From a virus (Duplodnaviria > Caudoviricetes): 38,046 bases of DNA. The stretch lies in the IMG/VR virus record IMGVR_UViG_3300012971_000015, positions 1 through 38,046 of that record; one strand, 5' to 3'. Shown here one piece after another: positions 23,996-32,813 of this stretch; the stretch's first letter is position 1, and every line of letters starts with the position of its first letter. The notes under the pieces were generated by a model. The model saw nothing but the letters and a program-made list of their open reading frames with translations, did not search any database and was not told the origin of the DNA. Position numbers and translations under genes: made by a program.

Positions 23996-26038
23996 TCAGG
24001 CCGCCTGTGCTGCTTGCTGCTGTGCATAGTCAGCCAACTGTCGCTGCTGCCACTGGCTGAACCAGTCGTTGGCGGTGGGCTGCTGCTGTTGCTGGGCGCC
24101 AGCCGGCATCTTCACCGCGCCCGACTGCAACTCGTTATTCCAGTTCTGCATCACCCCGCCCACGCTCGCCGGCGCGTAGCCCTGGAGCACCGATGGGAGC
24201 GCGGCCGGCGCGGGCGTTTGCTGCGACGGTTGAGCACCGCCGCCGATGTTGATAGTCACCGGCGCGCTAGTCTGTGGCGCGGCTCCGGGCTGAGTCCACG
24301 TTGCTTGGCCTGGCCAGCCAATTCCGGGTGGGGCATTCGCATTCCAGGCTGCCTGGCTCGGCAAGTTGGGCGGGGGTCCAGCGCTCGCCTGTGGCGCGCC
24401 CTGCTGCCCGCCAAAGTATTTCTGAAAGAACGTCGGCAGCGCTGGTGGCGCGGGCTGCTGCGGCGCGGCGAACTGCGGTGCCTGCATCCGCTGCGCCATC
24501 TGGTTCATGATGTCCGTGAAGGCCGCGGCGCCCGCGGTCGACCCCGCTGGCGCATTCGCATTCATCTGCGCGAGCGTGCTCAGCACGTTGCCACCCAGGG
24601 CCTGAAAGGCATTCGCCCGCGCGGCCTGGGCAGCCTGCGCGGCATTGGCCATCCCCGCTTGGGTAGCGAAGCCTTGTTGCGCCAGATTGCCGGCTGCGGC
24701 GGCGGCCTGCGCGGTTGTCGTGCCGCCGAGGGTTGCGTTGATGTAGTCCTGCAGCAGATTGTTGGCGTCCTGTTCGCTACCCGAGCCACCGGGTCCGAAG
24801 ACCTGTCCCTGAATGGCGCGGATGGCATTGATCTGGTCCTGCAGGCCGTAGGTCGGGCCGAGCAGGCCTTTCTGCATGTTGGCCAGCGTCTGCTGGGCCG
24901 TGGCGAGACTGCCGACAGTCTGGGCCTGAGTCGCGCCGATGTTCGCCTGAGCCTGGCCAAGTTGCGCCTGGGCGAGCGGCCCGGCCACTCCGCCCTGTGC
25001 CCCGAGGATGCGCGCTTGTGCTTCCTGCTGGAGACGCTGGGCCTCGAGCGTGCCCGTGGTCGCTTCAGCGGCACGCGGCGCAACGCCAGCCTGCGCCTCA
25101 GCCGTGGTCGCCTGGGCAGCTTGGGTGCGCGCCTGCTGCTGGAGTAGAGGGATCTGCGCCTGGATCTGGGCCGCCTGCGCACTGAGTTGATTGGCCTGAG
25201 CCTGGAGTTGATTGACTTCAGCCGGCGTTCGCGCCGTCGTCTGGGCAGCCGTAGCGTTCTGGGCCAGTGCTTGGCTCGAGGCGAGCACTGCCTGGGCCGC
25301 GACGAGATCACGCTGGCCTGGTGCGCCCTGCGTCAGAACGTCCGCCTGGACCTTTGCCGTGTTGGCATTGGCCGAGGCGAGGTTCGCCTGCTGCTGCGCC
25401 AGATTGACCTGCGACGGCGTGACTTGCTGGGCGTCGATGGCTTTTTGCAGCATCGACGCGCGCGCGGTGTTGGCCGCCTCGAGGCGGTTCTGCGCGCTCG
25501 CCAGCGTCGTGTACAGCGTGTTGAGCTGGCTGGTCGCAGAAGTCAGCTTCTGCGGGTTGGCGATCGTCGCCGGGTCGTTCTGCAGGTTGGTGACGAGGGT
25601 CTGGGCGGCGGTGATCTGATCCCACAGCCTGGCAACGTCCGCATTCGCCTGATTCAGTTCCTGATCGGAGCCGGCGATGATCTGGTCAACGGTGTACGTG
25701 CCGCCAGGACCAGCGGGTGGGCCGAGGGGCGGTGGTCCAGCGCGCACCTCGGGCGTGGGCGAAGCCGCAGCGGGAGCGGCTACTGTGGGCGCGGCGGGCT
25801 GTTCGGTGGTCGTGGGTGCTGCCGCTTGCGCCGTCGGCGGCTGCTGGGACTGCAGCCACTGAAAGAACGCGCCAAGCGCAGATTGCCCACCGAACGCCGG
25901 CGCATTGGGATCGGTCTGGCCGCCCGTGGCTTGACCCTGCGGTGTCTGCAGCCACTGACCGATCTGCCCTGCCAACCAGCCGAGCGCCGATTGGCCACCA
26001 AAGGCGGGCGCGTTGGGATCGTTCGGATCGATCGCCAT
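23996..26038 (-). CDS. Gln/Ala-rich coiled-coil internal virion protein
   Basis: 680 aa, long AQ-rich helices; N-terminal duplicated DPNAPAFGGQSALG. Confidence 0.7.
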   Translation of the reverse strand: MAIDPNDPNAPAFGGQSALGWLAGQIGQWLQTPQGQATGGQTDPNAPAFGGQSALGAFFQWLQSQQPPTAQAAAPTTTEQPAAPTVAAPAAASPTPEVRAGPPPLGPPAGPGGTYTVDQIIAGSDQELNQANADVARLWDQITAAQTLVTNLQNDPATIANPQKLTSATSQLNTLYTTLASAQNRLEAANTARASMLQKAIDAQQVTPSQVNLAQQQANLASANANTAKVQADVLTQGAPGQRDLVAAQAVLASSQALAQNATAAQTTARTPAEVNQLQAQANQLSAQAAQIQAQIPLLQQQARTQAAQATTAEAQAGVAPRAAEATTGTLEAQRLQQEAQARILGAQGGVAGPLAQAQLGQAQANIGATQAQTVGSLATAQQTLANMQKGLLGPTYGLQDQINAIRAIQGQVFGPGGSGSEQDANNLLQDYINATLGGTTTAQAAAAAGNLAQQGFATQAGMANAAQAAQAARANAFQALGGNVLSTLAQMNANAPAGSTAGAAAFTDIMNQMAQRMQAPQFAAPQQPAPPALPTFFQKYFGGQQGAPQASAGPPPNLPSQAAWNANAPPGIGWPGQATWTQPGAAPQTSAPVTINIGGGAQPSQQTPAPAALPSVLQGYAPASVGGVMQNWNNELQSGAVKMPAGAQQQQQPTANDWFSQWQQRQLADYAQQQAAQAA

Positions 26039-26039
26039 A

Positions 26040-26633
26040 TCAGCTACTCAGGGGCAACGCGAGTTGCGCGAGACCAGGCGGAGGCGGCGCCGCCGCCGGC
26101 ATGGGTGGTGGTGAAGACACTGTTGCAGCCGGCGGTGGCGCCATGGCTGGTGGCGCGAGTGGTGGAGCTCCGGGCGGCGGCGCAACAGGCTGCTGCAGCG
26201 CCGGGCGAGGCAGCGCGGGCTGCGCGTTGCGCTGCGCCGCCATGAGCATCGGCAAGGTCGAGGTCTGCGGTGGTTCGGGCACTGGCTGGCCCGAGGCCTC
26301 GGCGGCCCAACCCTGGACCTGCTTGGCCGTGCTGATCGCGTCATTCACGTCCTGCGCGCCGCGGAACAGCGAGCCGCGCATCGGGTAGACCTGGTCGAGC
26401 GCCTGACCCGGCGGCATGCCGCTGGCAACGAGCTGGTGATATTTCTGATCTGCTGCCTGCGTCGAGCCGAGTGGCGAAAAATTCCAGCGCTGGACTGCCT
26501 CGTCCTTGCTCAGCTCCGTGCCACTCTGCGGCTGCCCGAGGCGACCGGCAATGCCCTGGGCGTACTCGTTCACGCGCGAGGCGAACGCGTCCACGGTGCG
26601 CTGCAGGATGTCGCCGCTACTTTGACCGGCCAC
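26040..26633 (-). CDS. Hypothetical virion protein, Pro-rich C-terminus
   Basis: 197 aa, tight packing in the late operon. Confidence 0.65.
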   Translation of the reverse strand: MAGQSSGDILQRTVDAFASRVNEYAQGIAGRLGQPQSGTELSKDEAVQRWNFSPLGSTQAADQKYHQLVASGMPPGQALDQVYPMRGSLFRGAQDVNDAISTAKQVQGWAAEASGQPVPEPPQTSTLPMLMAAQRNAQPALPRPALQQPVAPPPGAPPLAPPAMAPPPAATVSSPPPMPAAAPPPPGLAQLALPLSS

Positions 26634-26763
26634 CGCGTTTCTTCGCCTCTCGCTGCGTGTTGAGGGCGATCGCGATCGCCTGGCGTCTTGGCTTACCAGC
26701 GGCGACCTCTGTCTTGATGTTTTTGCCGACTGCCTTCGGCGAGGCGCTCTTGATCAGCGGCAT
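26617..26763 (-). CDS. Tiny basic phage protein (48 aa)
   Basis: MPLIKSASPKAVGKNIKTEVAAGKPRRQAIAIALNTQREAKKRGGRSK resembles the widespread 'MPL..G.S...IS.NI..E...GKP..QAVAIAL' phage peptides; absent from the ORF track. Confidence 0.8.
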   Translation of the reverse strand: MPLIKSASPKAVGKNIKTEVAAGKPRRQAIAIALNTQREAKKRGGRSK

Positions 26764-26766
26764 GGA

Positions 26767-27027
26767 CTAGTAGCCGTTGCCGTTTCCGTTCTTCGTCGGC
26801 AGTCGCTCGTGCAAATAGCCGCCGCCCTGGCCACCGGTCGGCGTCATGCCACGGTGCACACGACACGGCGGGCACGGATAACTGTGCCGATCGGCCTCGA
26901 GCATGCCCGGTTGTGGGGGCAGCAGACTGGCATTCAGCCGTGCCAGGCGATCGAGCTCCGGCTCGCTGTTGGGCCCGGCGCGTGAGCCGGCATTGCTCGG
27001 CCCGTTCTCCGCTTCGCGCCGCGTCAT
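26767..27027 (-). CDS. Hypothetical protein
   Basis: ATGA overlap, 86 aa, CPPCRVH motif. Confidence 0.6.
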   Translation of the reverse strand: MTRREAENGPSNAGSRAGPNSEPELDRLARLNASLLPPQPGMLEADRHSYPCPPCRVHRGMTPTGGQGGGYLHERLPTKNGNGNGY

Positions 27028-27221
27028 ATGCGCGGAATGCGCGGCACGCGCGTCGCGGCGCCAGTGATGCGCGGCACGACCCCGATCGCGATTCGTGGTG
27101 CGCGCGGGATGCGAGGTGCAGCCCCTGCAGGCGCGGCGCGTCCTGCTCGAGGGGCCGGCGCCATGCGTGGCGGAGCGGCTCGAGCCGCTCGAGCGGCGGG
27201 TGCTTTCGGGGTACGCGGCAT
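27024..27221 (-). CDS. Arg/Pro/Ala-rich basic peptide (65 aa)
   Basis: GGAGG SD; no acidic residues; PRI repeats. Confidence 0.65.
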   Translation of the reverse strand: MPRTPKAPAARAARAAPPRMAPAPRAGRAAPAGAAPRIPRAPRIAIGVVPRITGAATRVPRIPRI

Positions 27222-27230
27222 AACGACCTC

Positions 27231-27407
27231 CTACTTGCCGAGTTTTTTCAGCGTTTGAGCGAGGCGCGCGCGCTGGCCAAGCTTTCCGCCTTTTTCTGCA
27301 GCGGCCGCCAGTTTCTTGGCCGGGATGGGCTTATCGCCCTTCACGCCGAGTTGCGCGCGCAGTGCACCCGGTTTCTTGATGGCGCTTTGAATCCACTTCT
27401 CGGCCAT
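27231..27407 (-). CDS. Tiny Lys-rich phage protein (58 aa)
   Basis: MAEKWIQSAIKKPGALRAQLGVKGDKPIPAKKLAAAAEKGGKLGQRARLAQTLKKLGK, a recurrent uncultured-phage peptide type; absent from the ORF track. Confidence 0.8.
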   Translation of the reverse strand: MAEKWIQSAIKKPGALRAQLGVKGDKPIPAKKLAAAAEKGGKLGQRARLAQTLKKLGK

Positions 27408-27409
27408 GG

Positions 27410-27568
27410 CTATTTGCCTTTCTTGACGGGCACGCCGCGCTTTTTATCGAGCGCGTTGTCCCTCGGACTTCCCTCGCGAATCCCGCGTCGACGGTCGTCC
27501 GCGGCATCCTCAGCCGCCGTCCACGGCTTGCCGGTCCGCGGATTGATACGGCCGCGCCGCTCAGCCAT
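27410..27568 (-). CDS. Tiny charged protein (52 aa)
   Basis: MAERRGRINPRTGKPWTAAEDAADDRRRGIREGSPRDNALDKKRGVPVKKGK fills the gap exactly; absent from the ORF track. Confidence 0.7.
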   Translation of the reverse strand: MAERRGRINPRTGKPWTAAEDAADDRRRGIREGSPRDNALDKKRGVPVKKGK

Positions 27569-27749
27569 AGTTCCCGATTGGGGTGTAGCCCGCCATCTCC
27601 ACTTTTCTGCTGGTAACGATGATCTTGCCGCGTGAGGCTTCAGCGATCAGCCTCAACTCAGCCAGCCAGCCCCGAATCATTTCGGCGACCTCTTCGTCTG
27701 CCGCCTCGACGCTGACGCGGAGCAGCACAGTGGTCAACTCAGTTGACAT
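27561..27749 (-). CDS. Hypothetical protein (62 aa)
   Basis: Tight packing in the operon. Confidence 0.6.
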   Translation of the reverse strand: MSTELTTVLLRVSVEAADEEVAEMIRGWLAELRLIAEASRGKIIVTSRKVEMAGYTPIGNYG

Positions 27750-27755
27750 TGGCGA

Positions 27756-27989
27756 CTAGGTCGCGTTGCCGGTATCGCCGCGATTCCAGCTGTAGCTCTT
27801 CTTCGTCGCCGGCGATGCGTTGAACACGTCCGGGTTTTCGATGAAGTTGGCGATGTTGCAGTTGTCGTCCACCGCTAGCGACGTGTCGCCGCGACTGGGG
27901 ATGCGCCCGGCATCCGAGCGCGGGTAACTGGTCTGATCGGTGCGATCGCCGATCGTTGGCATCCTGCTGCCATTGCCGTTATTTGCCAT
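27756..27989 (-). CDS. Hypothetical protein (77 aa)
   Basis: Starts 5 nt after the portal stop. Confidence 0.65.
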   Translation of the reverse strand: MANNGNGSRMPTIGDRTDQTSYPRSDAGRIPSRGDTSLAVDDNCNIANFIENPDVFNASPATKKSYSWNRGDTGNAT

Positions 27990-27994
27990 GCAGG

Positions 27995-30037
27995 CTATCC
28001 ACCCGGAGGTGCTGCGGCCCCCGGTCCGACTATCGCGCCCGCTTGCTGGGAAGCGAGCACGTCCTGACGCATCGGCCCAGCGCCAATTGCCCCCGCCATG
28101 ATGCCACCAATCGCGCTGTTCACCGGCTGTGGAGCTTGCGTGCCTCGCAACTGGCCGGTAGGTCGCCCGCCACCGGGCAATGCTGCCGTCGGCGTTCCGT
28201 CGGGCATCGCCTGTCCGCCCTGCACTGCTGCAAACAATTGCGCCATGCGCTGGTCATCGAGTTTTTTGCCCACGAGCTGGAACAGGTAGCTCTGGCCCTG
28301 AGGCGTGCTGAACAACAATTTTTCGGTCTGGATCTCGATCATCGTCTCGTCCGGCGACTCATCGCCTAGACCCTTCTCGAGCGCCTGGCGCAGCGGGATG
28401 CGACCCTCGAGCGACCACTGCATGAGCATCTGCGCGAACGGCAGGTTTTCGCCTTCCTCGGGCGGATAGTCTGCCCAGTAGTCGTACACGCCCTGGGTCA
28501 TGTCCTGGGTCAACTCGAGCGCCTTGCGCACCGATTGGCGCATGCCCTTGGGCTGCACCGTGCAGTACACCGGCACCGTCACGTCGTACTTGTCGACGAT
28601 GCGGTCGGCGATCTCGGTGGCCATGGAGCCCACGAACGTCATCGCCTGCAAACCACCGTTCAGGACGTCGTCATAGACGTCCTGCAGCATGCTGCGAATT
28701 AGGGCTCGATCATGCCCCGACGTCGCGCCAGGGCCACCGCCGGCGGCTGCCGAAGGTGCTTCCTCGTGCACCGCGCCGAGCATCAGCCCCATCAATTCGT
28801 CGACGTCCTTGTTAGTGCCGGGATGGCTGGCTGGCACGGGCGTGCCGGCCACGTATTGCGCCTTCATCGGCTGGATGTCGATCTCACGCGGCCGTCCGTT
28901 CTCGAGCACCAAGTCGGGCGAGACATCGGCGTTCGCAGGGATGAACCAGCCGCCAAACGCGTGCTGCCAGCTATGGGCGAGCTTCGCCGTCGCCAGGTTG
29001 TTCATGCCCTGCAAGACGCTCAAAAACGGCCACAGGAACGGCACACCACGCCGGTCAGGATCGGTTTCTGAGGCAAAATTGCAGCCCCACACGAACGTGC
29101 CGCACAAGCGGCTGATACCAAAGTCGGCCGCCAGGTCGACCGCCGCAGTCTCGGTCGAGCCGCCCGCGTTCACCCGCTGGGCAATCGTCAGGTTCGAGCC
29201 GTCGATGGCCGGCGTGCCAGTGACGCCCTGGCCGATGTAGTAGACGACTGAACCTGGCCGCCACAATTCGTACAGCGTGAACTTGGGGTACGAGCCGCGC
29301 GACTGGCTCATGTAGTCCGGGTCGTAGCCGGGCCCGACGTGGCCGCCACCGAAGCGCCAGCGATAGCCGCGCGCCTCGAGGTCCTCCTGCGCGTACTGCG
29401 AGCGCACGATCAGCCCGTCGAGGCGGTGCCCTGGACCGAGCAGTGGCAACGCCTGGTCGAGGCCGATAACGCGGATGGTGATCGGCACCTGGCGCGCTTT
29501 CCAGTCGAGCAGGTAATCGTCGTAGGTGTTCTTCGACTGCTTGACGCTGTTGGCCCAGAACTGGCGTTTGACCTTGCCGTTCTGGTCGACGTAGCTCGGA
29601 AAATCTTCCCAGCCGGCGGCGGACGGAAAGCACAGTACGGCGCCCGAGCCCTGGTTGAACAGCATATCCATGAGCGGCCGCCAGAACGCGCCGTGCTGGT
29701 CCTCGATGGCGGTGATGCACGAGTTGGCCCACAGCTCAAGGTCTGAGGCATTGGTGCGCGCATTAATGCTCTTGCCCATCGGATCGCGGTGGAGTCGGGG
29801 CCGCTTGCCGGACAGCATCTGCACCGCGTGCAGTGGCACCGTGACGGCATAGGGAAGCTTCACCGCGAGATTGCCGGCGATCGCGGCGAAGTCCTTGGGC
29901 ACGACCGGGTCCATGCGGTTGTTGAGCCAGTCGCGACAGTCGCGCACCTTCAGACGCGTTGACTGCCACTCGTTGTACTTGGACCACCACATGGTGGCCA
30001 GTTGCGTGCAGCTCGGGACGTCGCCTGCGCTAATCAC
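27995..30037 (-). CDS. Portal protein
   Basis: 680 aa downstream of TerL; GVPFLWP..LQGMNNLAT clip/stem-like region, helical C-terminus; synteny. Confidence 0.75.
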   Translation of the reverse strand: MISAGDVPSCTQLATMWWSKYNEWQSTRLKVRDCRDWLNNRMDPVVPKDFAAIAGNLAVKLPYAVTVPLHAVQMLSGKRPRLHRDPMGKSINARTNASDLELWANSCITAIEDQHGAFWRPLMDMLFNQGSGAVLCFPSAAGWEDFPSYVDQNGKVKRQFWANSVKQSKNTYDDYLLDWKARQVPITIRVIGLDQALPLLGPGHRLDGLIVRSQYAQEDLEARGYRWRFGGGHVGPGYDPDYMSQSRGSYPKFTLYELWRPGSVVYYIGQGVTGTPAIDGSNLTIAQRVNAGGSTETAAVDLAADFGISRLCGTFVWGCNFASETDPDRRGVPFLWPFLSVLQGMNNLATAKLAHSWQHAFGGWFIPANADVSPDLVLENGRPREIDIQPMKAQYVAGTPVPASHPGTNKDVDELMGLMLGAVHEEAPSAAAGGGPGATSGHDRALIRSMLQDVYDDVLNGGLQAMTFVGSMATEIADRIVDKYDVTVPVYCTVQPKGMRQSVRKALELTQDMTQGVYDYWADYPPEEGENLPFAQMLMQWSLEGRIPLRQALEKGLGDESPDETMIEIQTEKLLFSTPQGQSYLFQLVGKKLDDQRMAQLFAAVQGGQAMPDGTPTAALPGGGRPTGQLRGTQAPQPVNSAIGGIMAGAIGAGPMRQDVLASQQAGAIVGPGAAAPPGG

Positions 30038-30103
30038 CGGTCTCGAGCACCGGCTCGCCGCGAGCGTCCAGGACGTAGCGCCGGACGATCTCCGACACCT
30101 GCG

Positions 30104-30358
30104 CTAGGCGGTGACGACTGTGGTTGTATCCGCTGTTTTCGAGGCCTCCGCGGCTGCCTCCGCCTCGGCCTGCTCGTCAGGCGTGGCCCTGCGCACCGCC
30201 CACTTCTCGCGGACCAGATCGCGTTCGATATGCAGGCCCTGGGCAAGCGCGCCGGCCGCGGCCTCGTCGTCACACCCGGGGATGTCGATGTAGATCGTGC
30301 TCGACTGCGCGTCGTCGAGCTGCACCTTGATCTCGCCAACGTTGATGGTGGTGGCCAT
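30104..30358 (-). CDS. Acidic hypothetical protein (84 aa)
   Basis: GGAG SD before ATG at 30358. Confidence 0.7.
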   Translation of the reverse strand: MATTINVGEIKVQLDDAQSSTIYIDIPGCDDEAAAGALAQGLHIERDLVREKWAVRRATPDEQAEAEAAAEASKTADTTTVVTA

Positions 30359-30491
30359 GGCGTCTCCAGTGTACGAGTCGATGTCTAGGCTTCCTTGTAG
30401 CGCTTGCAGGGGCATGGCTTGACGCAGCATTTTCCTTTCAGATTGACGCCGGCATGGTGGCGCTGCGTATGACCACAGACACACACGCTAG

Positions 30492-32060
30492 TCATTCCTC
30501 GCGCCACTTGCGGTTGCCGCCCACGAGCGCGCCCGAGTGACGCACCGCGACGGGCCCGGACATCGCGATCAGCATCGCTCGCACGTTCGCCAATCGCTCG
30601 ACGGCCAGCCTGACCACATACGCCAGCGCGTCGACCCGGTCATCATGCGCCGAGCGGGGAAAGCGTGACATCTCGCTCGAGAGCGCGTGCCACCACGGTG
30701 CCTTGCGATCGACGCTGATATGGCCGGCCTTGGCCCGCCCGGTGATGATCATCGCCCGCGCGATCTTGTCGGCATCGGCCTCGACCCCTTCGATATGGCA
30801 CCGCTTGTGCTGAGTGAGACGCTCGATGTTGCGAACCAGATCACGCGTGGCACCCTGGTGCTCGTAGGCGCGCTTTTCGATGCCGACGAGCAGCGGTCGC
30901 CAGATGTCGATGTACTCGGCCAAAGCGATGTCATGCCGCTGTTCGCCGAGGTGCTCGGCGTACACGTCGAGGACGTGGATCATCGGCAGTTGTGGATTTC
31001 GATCGACGGCGACGGTGACGGCGACGGTCCAGTCACTCGAGTCCTTTTCCGAGTAGTTGAGGTCCCAGGCCTGGACGATGTCGCACGCCTCGAGATCCAG
31101 ATCAGACGGGCGATCGACGAACCAGCCGGGGTTGAGCACCAGGCCAGCGCGCGGTGACGGCCGCTGGTCGTACTGGCTGGAATAGGCGTACGGCCCGAGG
31201 TCGATTTTTAACTGCTCAATGCGTTCGGCGCTGAAGCGCTGAGGGCTCAAAAGTTGTGCAGAAGCTGTGCGAATCTCGTGCGGTTTTCCCGAAAACGCGC
31301 ACGGTTCGAGTTGCGATGGGCGCGTGTGATCAGGGTCGAATTCCATCGGGAGCTCGATGTGGTGGATGCGCGCGCCCTCACGCTCAAGCCAGTCGGCAGT
31401 GAGATCCTCCTCGTGCACGCGCTGGCCGACGACGACGCGCACGCCGCCCGGCAAGCGTCGCGACGGATACACCTCGCGCCACGTGGTGAGCACCGTCTCG
31501 CGCTCGGCGTCGGACTCGGCCTTGCGCACGTTATGTGGGTCGTCGACGACCACGTACTGCGCGTGCTCACCGGTGACACCACCGGCCATGCTGGTCGCCA
31601 GTCGCCAGCCGGTGCGGTCGTTGGCGTAGTAGCTCTTCACGTTCTGGTCCGAGGCGAAGCGGAACTGCTCGCCCCACCTGGTCTGGTACCAGTCGCTCTG
31701 CATCAGGCGCCGCGTCCGCCACGCGTCGCGCACCGCCAGACGGGCGTCGTACGAGCTCGTCAGCCAGCGCGACCAGGGCTGCCACGTCCAGCACCACGCC
31801 GGCCAGAACACCCCGACGGTCAGGCTCTTGGTGGTCTCTGGCGGCACATTGATCAGCAGGTCGCTGATCTGTCCGCGAGCGCATGCCTCGAGGTGCTCGG
31901 CGAGCAACTCCAGGTGCCAGCCGCCGATGAATGGCTCTGACGGCTCGAGCAGTGGCCACGCGCCCTCGAGGAACGCGAGCAGGCCGATGTCGGGCTTCGC
32001 CTCAGGCGGGGGCGTCCAGATCGTCTGCGCCTGTGCCGAGCGCGGCGTGTGCAGGCCCAA
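30492..32060 (-). CDS. terL: Terminase large subunit (start uncertain)
   Basis: LLINVPPETTKS Walker A-like, VVVDDPH Walker B, VGQRVHEEDL, QYDQRP, AWDL, FPRSAHDDRVDAL RNase H-like nuclease motifs. Confidence 0.93.
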   Translation of the reverse strand: MGLHTPRSAQAQTIWTPPPEAKPDIGLLAFLEGAWPLLEPSEPFIGGWHLELLAEHLEACARGQISDLLINVPPETTKSLTVGVFWPAWCWTWQPWSRWLTSSYDARLAVRDAWRTRRLMQSDWYQTRWGEQFRFASDQNVKSYYANDRTGWRLATSMAGGVTGEHAQYVVVDDPHNVRKAESDAERETVLTTWREVYPSRRLPGGVRVVVGQRVHEEDLTADWLEREGARIHHIELPMEFDPDHTRPSQLEPCAFSGKPHEIRTASAQLLSPQRFSAERIEQLKIDLGPYAYSSQYDQRPSPRAGLVLNPGWFVDRPSDLDLEACDIVQAWDLNYSEKDSSDWTVAVTVAVDRNPQLPMIHVLDVYAEHLGEQRHDIALAEYIDIWRPLLVGIEKRAYEHQGATRDLVRNIERLTQHKRCHIEGVEADADKIARAMIITGRAKAGHISVDRKAPWWHALSSEMSRFPRSAHDDRVDALAYVVRLAVERLANVRAMLIAMSGPVAVRHSGALVGGNRKWREE

Positions 32061-32415
32061 TAAGGCCCAGCGTCTGCGCTGTTGCGGCGACGCCAGCGAG
32101 CTTATCGCCGAGAATGCCGTGGGCAATGCCGAGCTTGTCGGCATCCTGGGCGCGACAGTAGGCAGGGTCACCGAACACCTGCGCCTGGACAATCATGGCC
32201 TCGAGCGCCGTGCGGAAGTAGGTCATGATCAACTCGATGTCGGTGCGTTGTCGTTTTTCTGGTGCAATTGGTTGCACACCCGCTGTTACCCATCGCGACA
32301 CCAGCCCATGATCGAGACCGAAGTCGCGCGCGGCCTGGCTGATGGTGGTGCCGGCCATGATGGCCGCGAGCACCTGGGCACGCAGCTCGGGCGGATGCGG
32401 GACACCGCGCGCCAT
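32002..32415 (-). CDS. terS: Terminase small subunit (N-terminal HTH)
   Basis: GTTISQAARDFGLDHGLVSRW HTH followed by helices, directly upstream of terL. Confidence 0.7.
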   Translation of the reverse strand: MARGVPHPPELRAQVLAAIMAGTTISQAARDFGLDHGLVSRWVTAGVQPIAPEKRQRTDIELIMTYFRTALEAMIVQAQVFGDPAYCRAQDADKLGIAHGILGDKLAGVAATAQTLGLIGPAHAALGTGADDLDAPA

Positions 32416-32418
32416 GGC

Positions 32419-32790
32419 TCAGCCATGATTGCAAAGCGGGCAGCGCAATGCCTCGCCGAAGTGTGGCTGGTTGACATCAAGGTCGCGTCTGATCCTGCCG
32501 AGGCCATGACAGGCAGGACAGGCGTTCACATCGCCACCGCAGTTCGGGCAATCGCCAAGCACCACCGCCACACGCTGGCGAGTAGGCAGTAATGGCTCGC
32601 CTGGCAAACCTGCGGCGCGTACCTCGTCCTGCTCGGCATCGGCACGCAGCCAGGCCTCGAGGCCGGCGCGTGAGCGCTTGTGCTTGACCATGTCCATGTA
32701 GCGCGACCAGGAAATCGCAAAGGCTTCCGGATCACTGAAGCGTTCGCGCCATTCATTGGCGATCGCGCGTGCTTCGGCAGGTGTGAGCAC
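32419..32790 (-). CDS. Zinc-finger protein resembling the N-terminal Zn domain of DnaC/IstB-like loaders
   Basis: CPNCGG..CPACHGLGRIRRDLDVNQPHFGEALRCPLC; follows the initiator; no AAA+ domain. Confidence 0.55.
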   Translation of the reverse strand: MLTPAEARAIANEWRERFSDPEAFAISWSRYMDMVKHKRSRAGLEAWLRADAEQDEVRAAGLPGEPLLPTRQRVAVVLGDCPNCGGDVNACPACHGLGRIRRDLDVNQPHFGEALRCPLCNHG

Positions 32791-32813
32791 GGCCGTTCGT
32801 CTTCAACAAGAAA

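Noticed and set aside
23693-25147. Long plus-strand ORFs opposite the structural genes (also 20734..22014, 25187..26245, 34447..35706 and others)
   Set aside because: Shadow ORFs expected in high-GC DNA; Arg/Gly-rich translations without motifs, fully overlapping well-supported minus-strand genes
30360-30490. TTGACGC direct repeats between terL and the next gene as a fourth heptamer promoter
   Set aside because: Wrong orientation for the late genes and no matching -10 geometry; may be regulatory but unsupported
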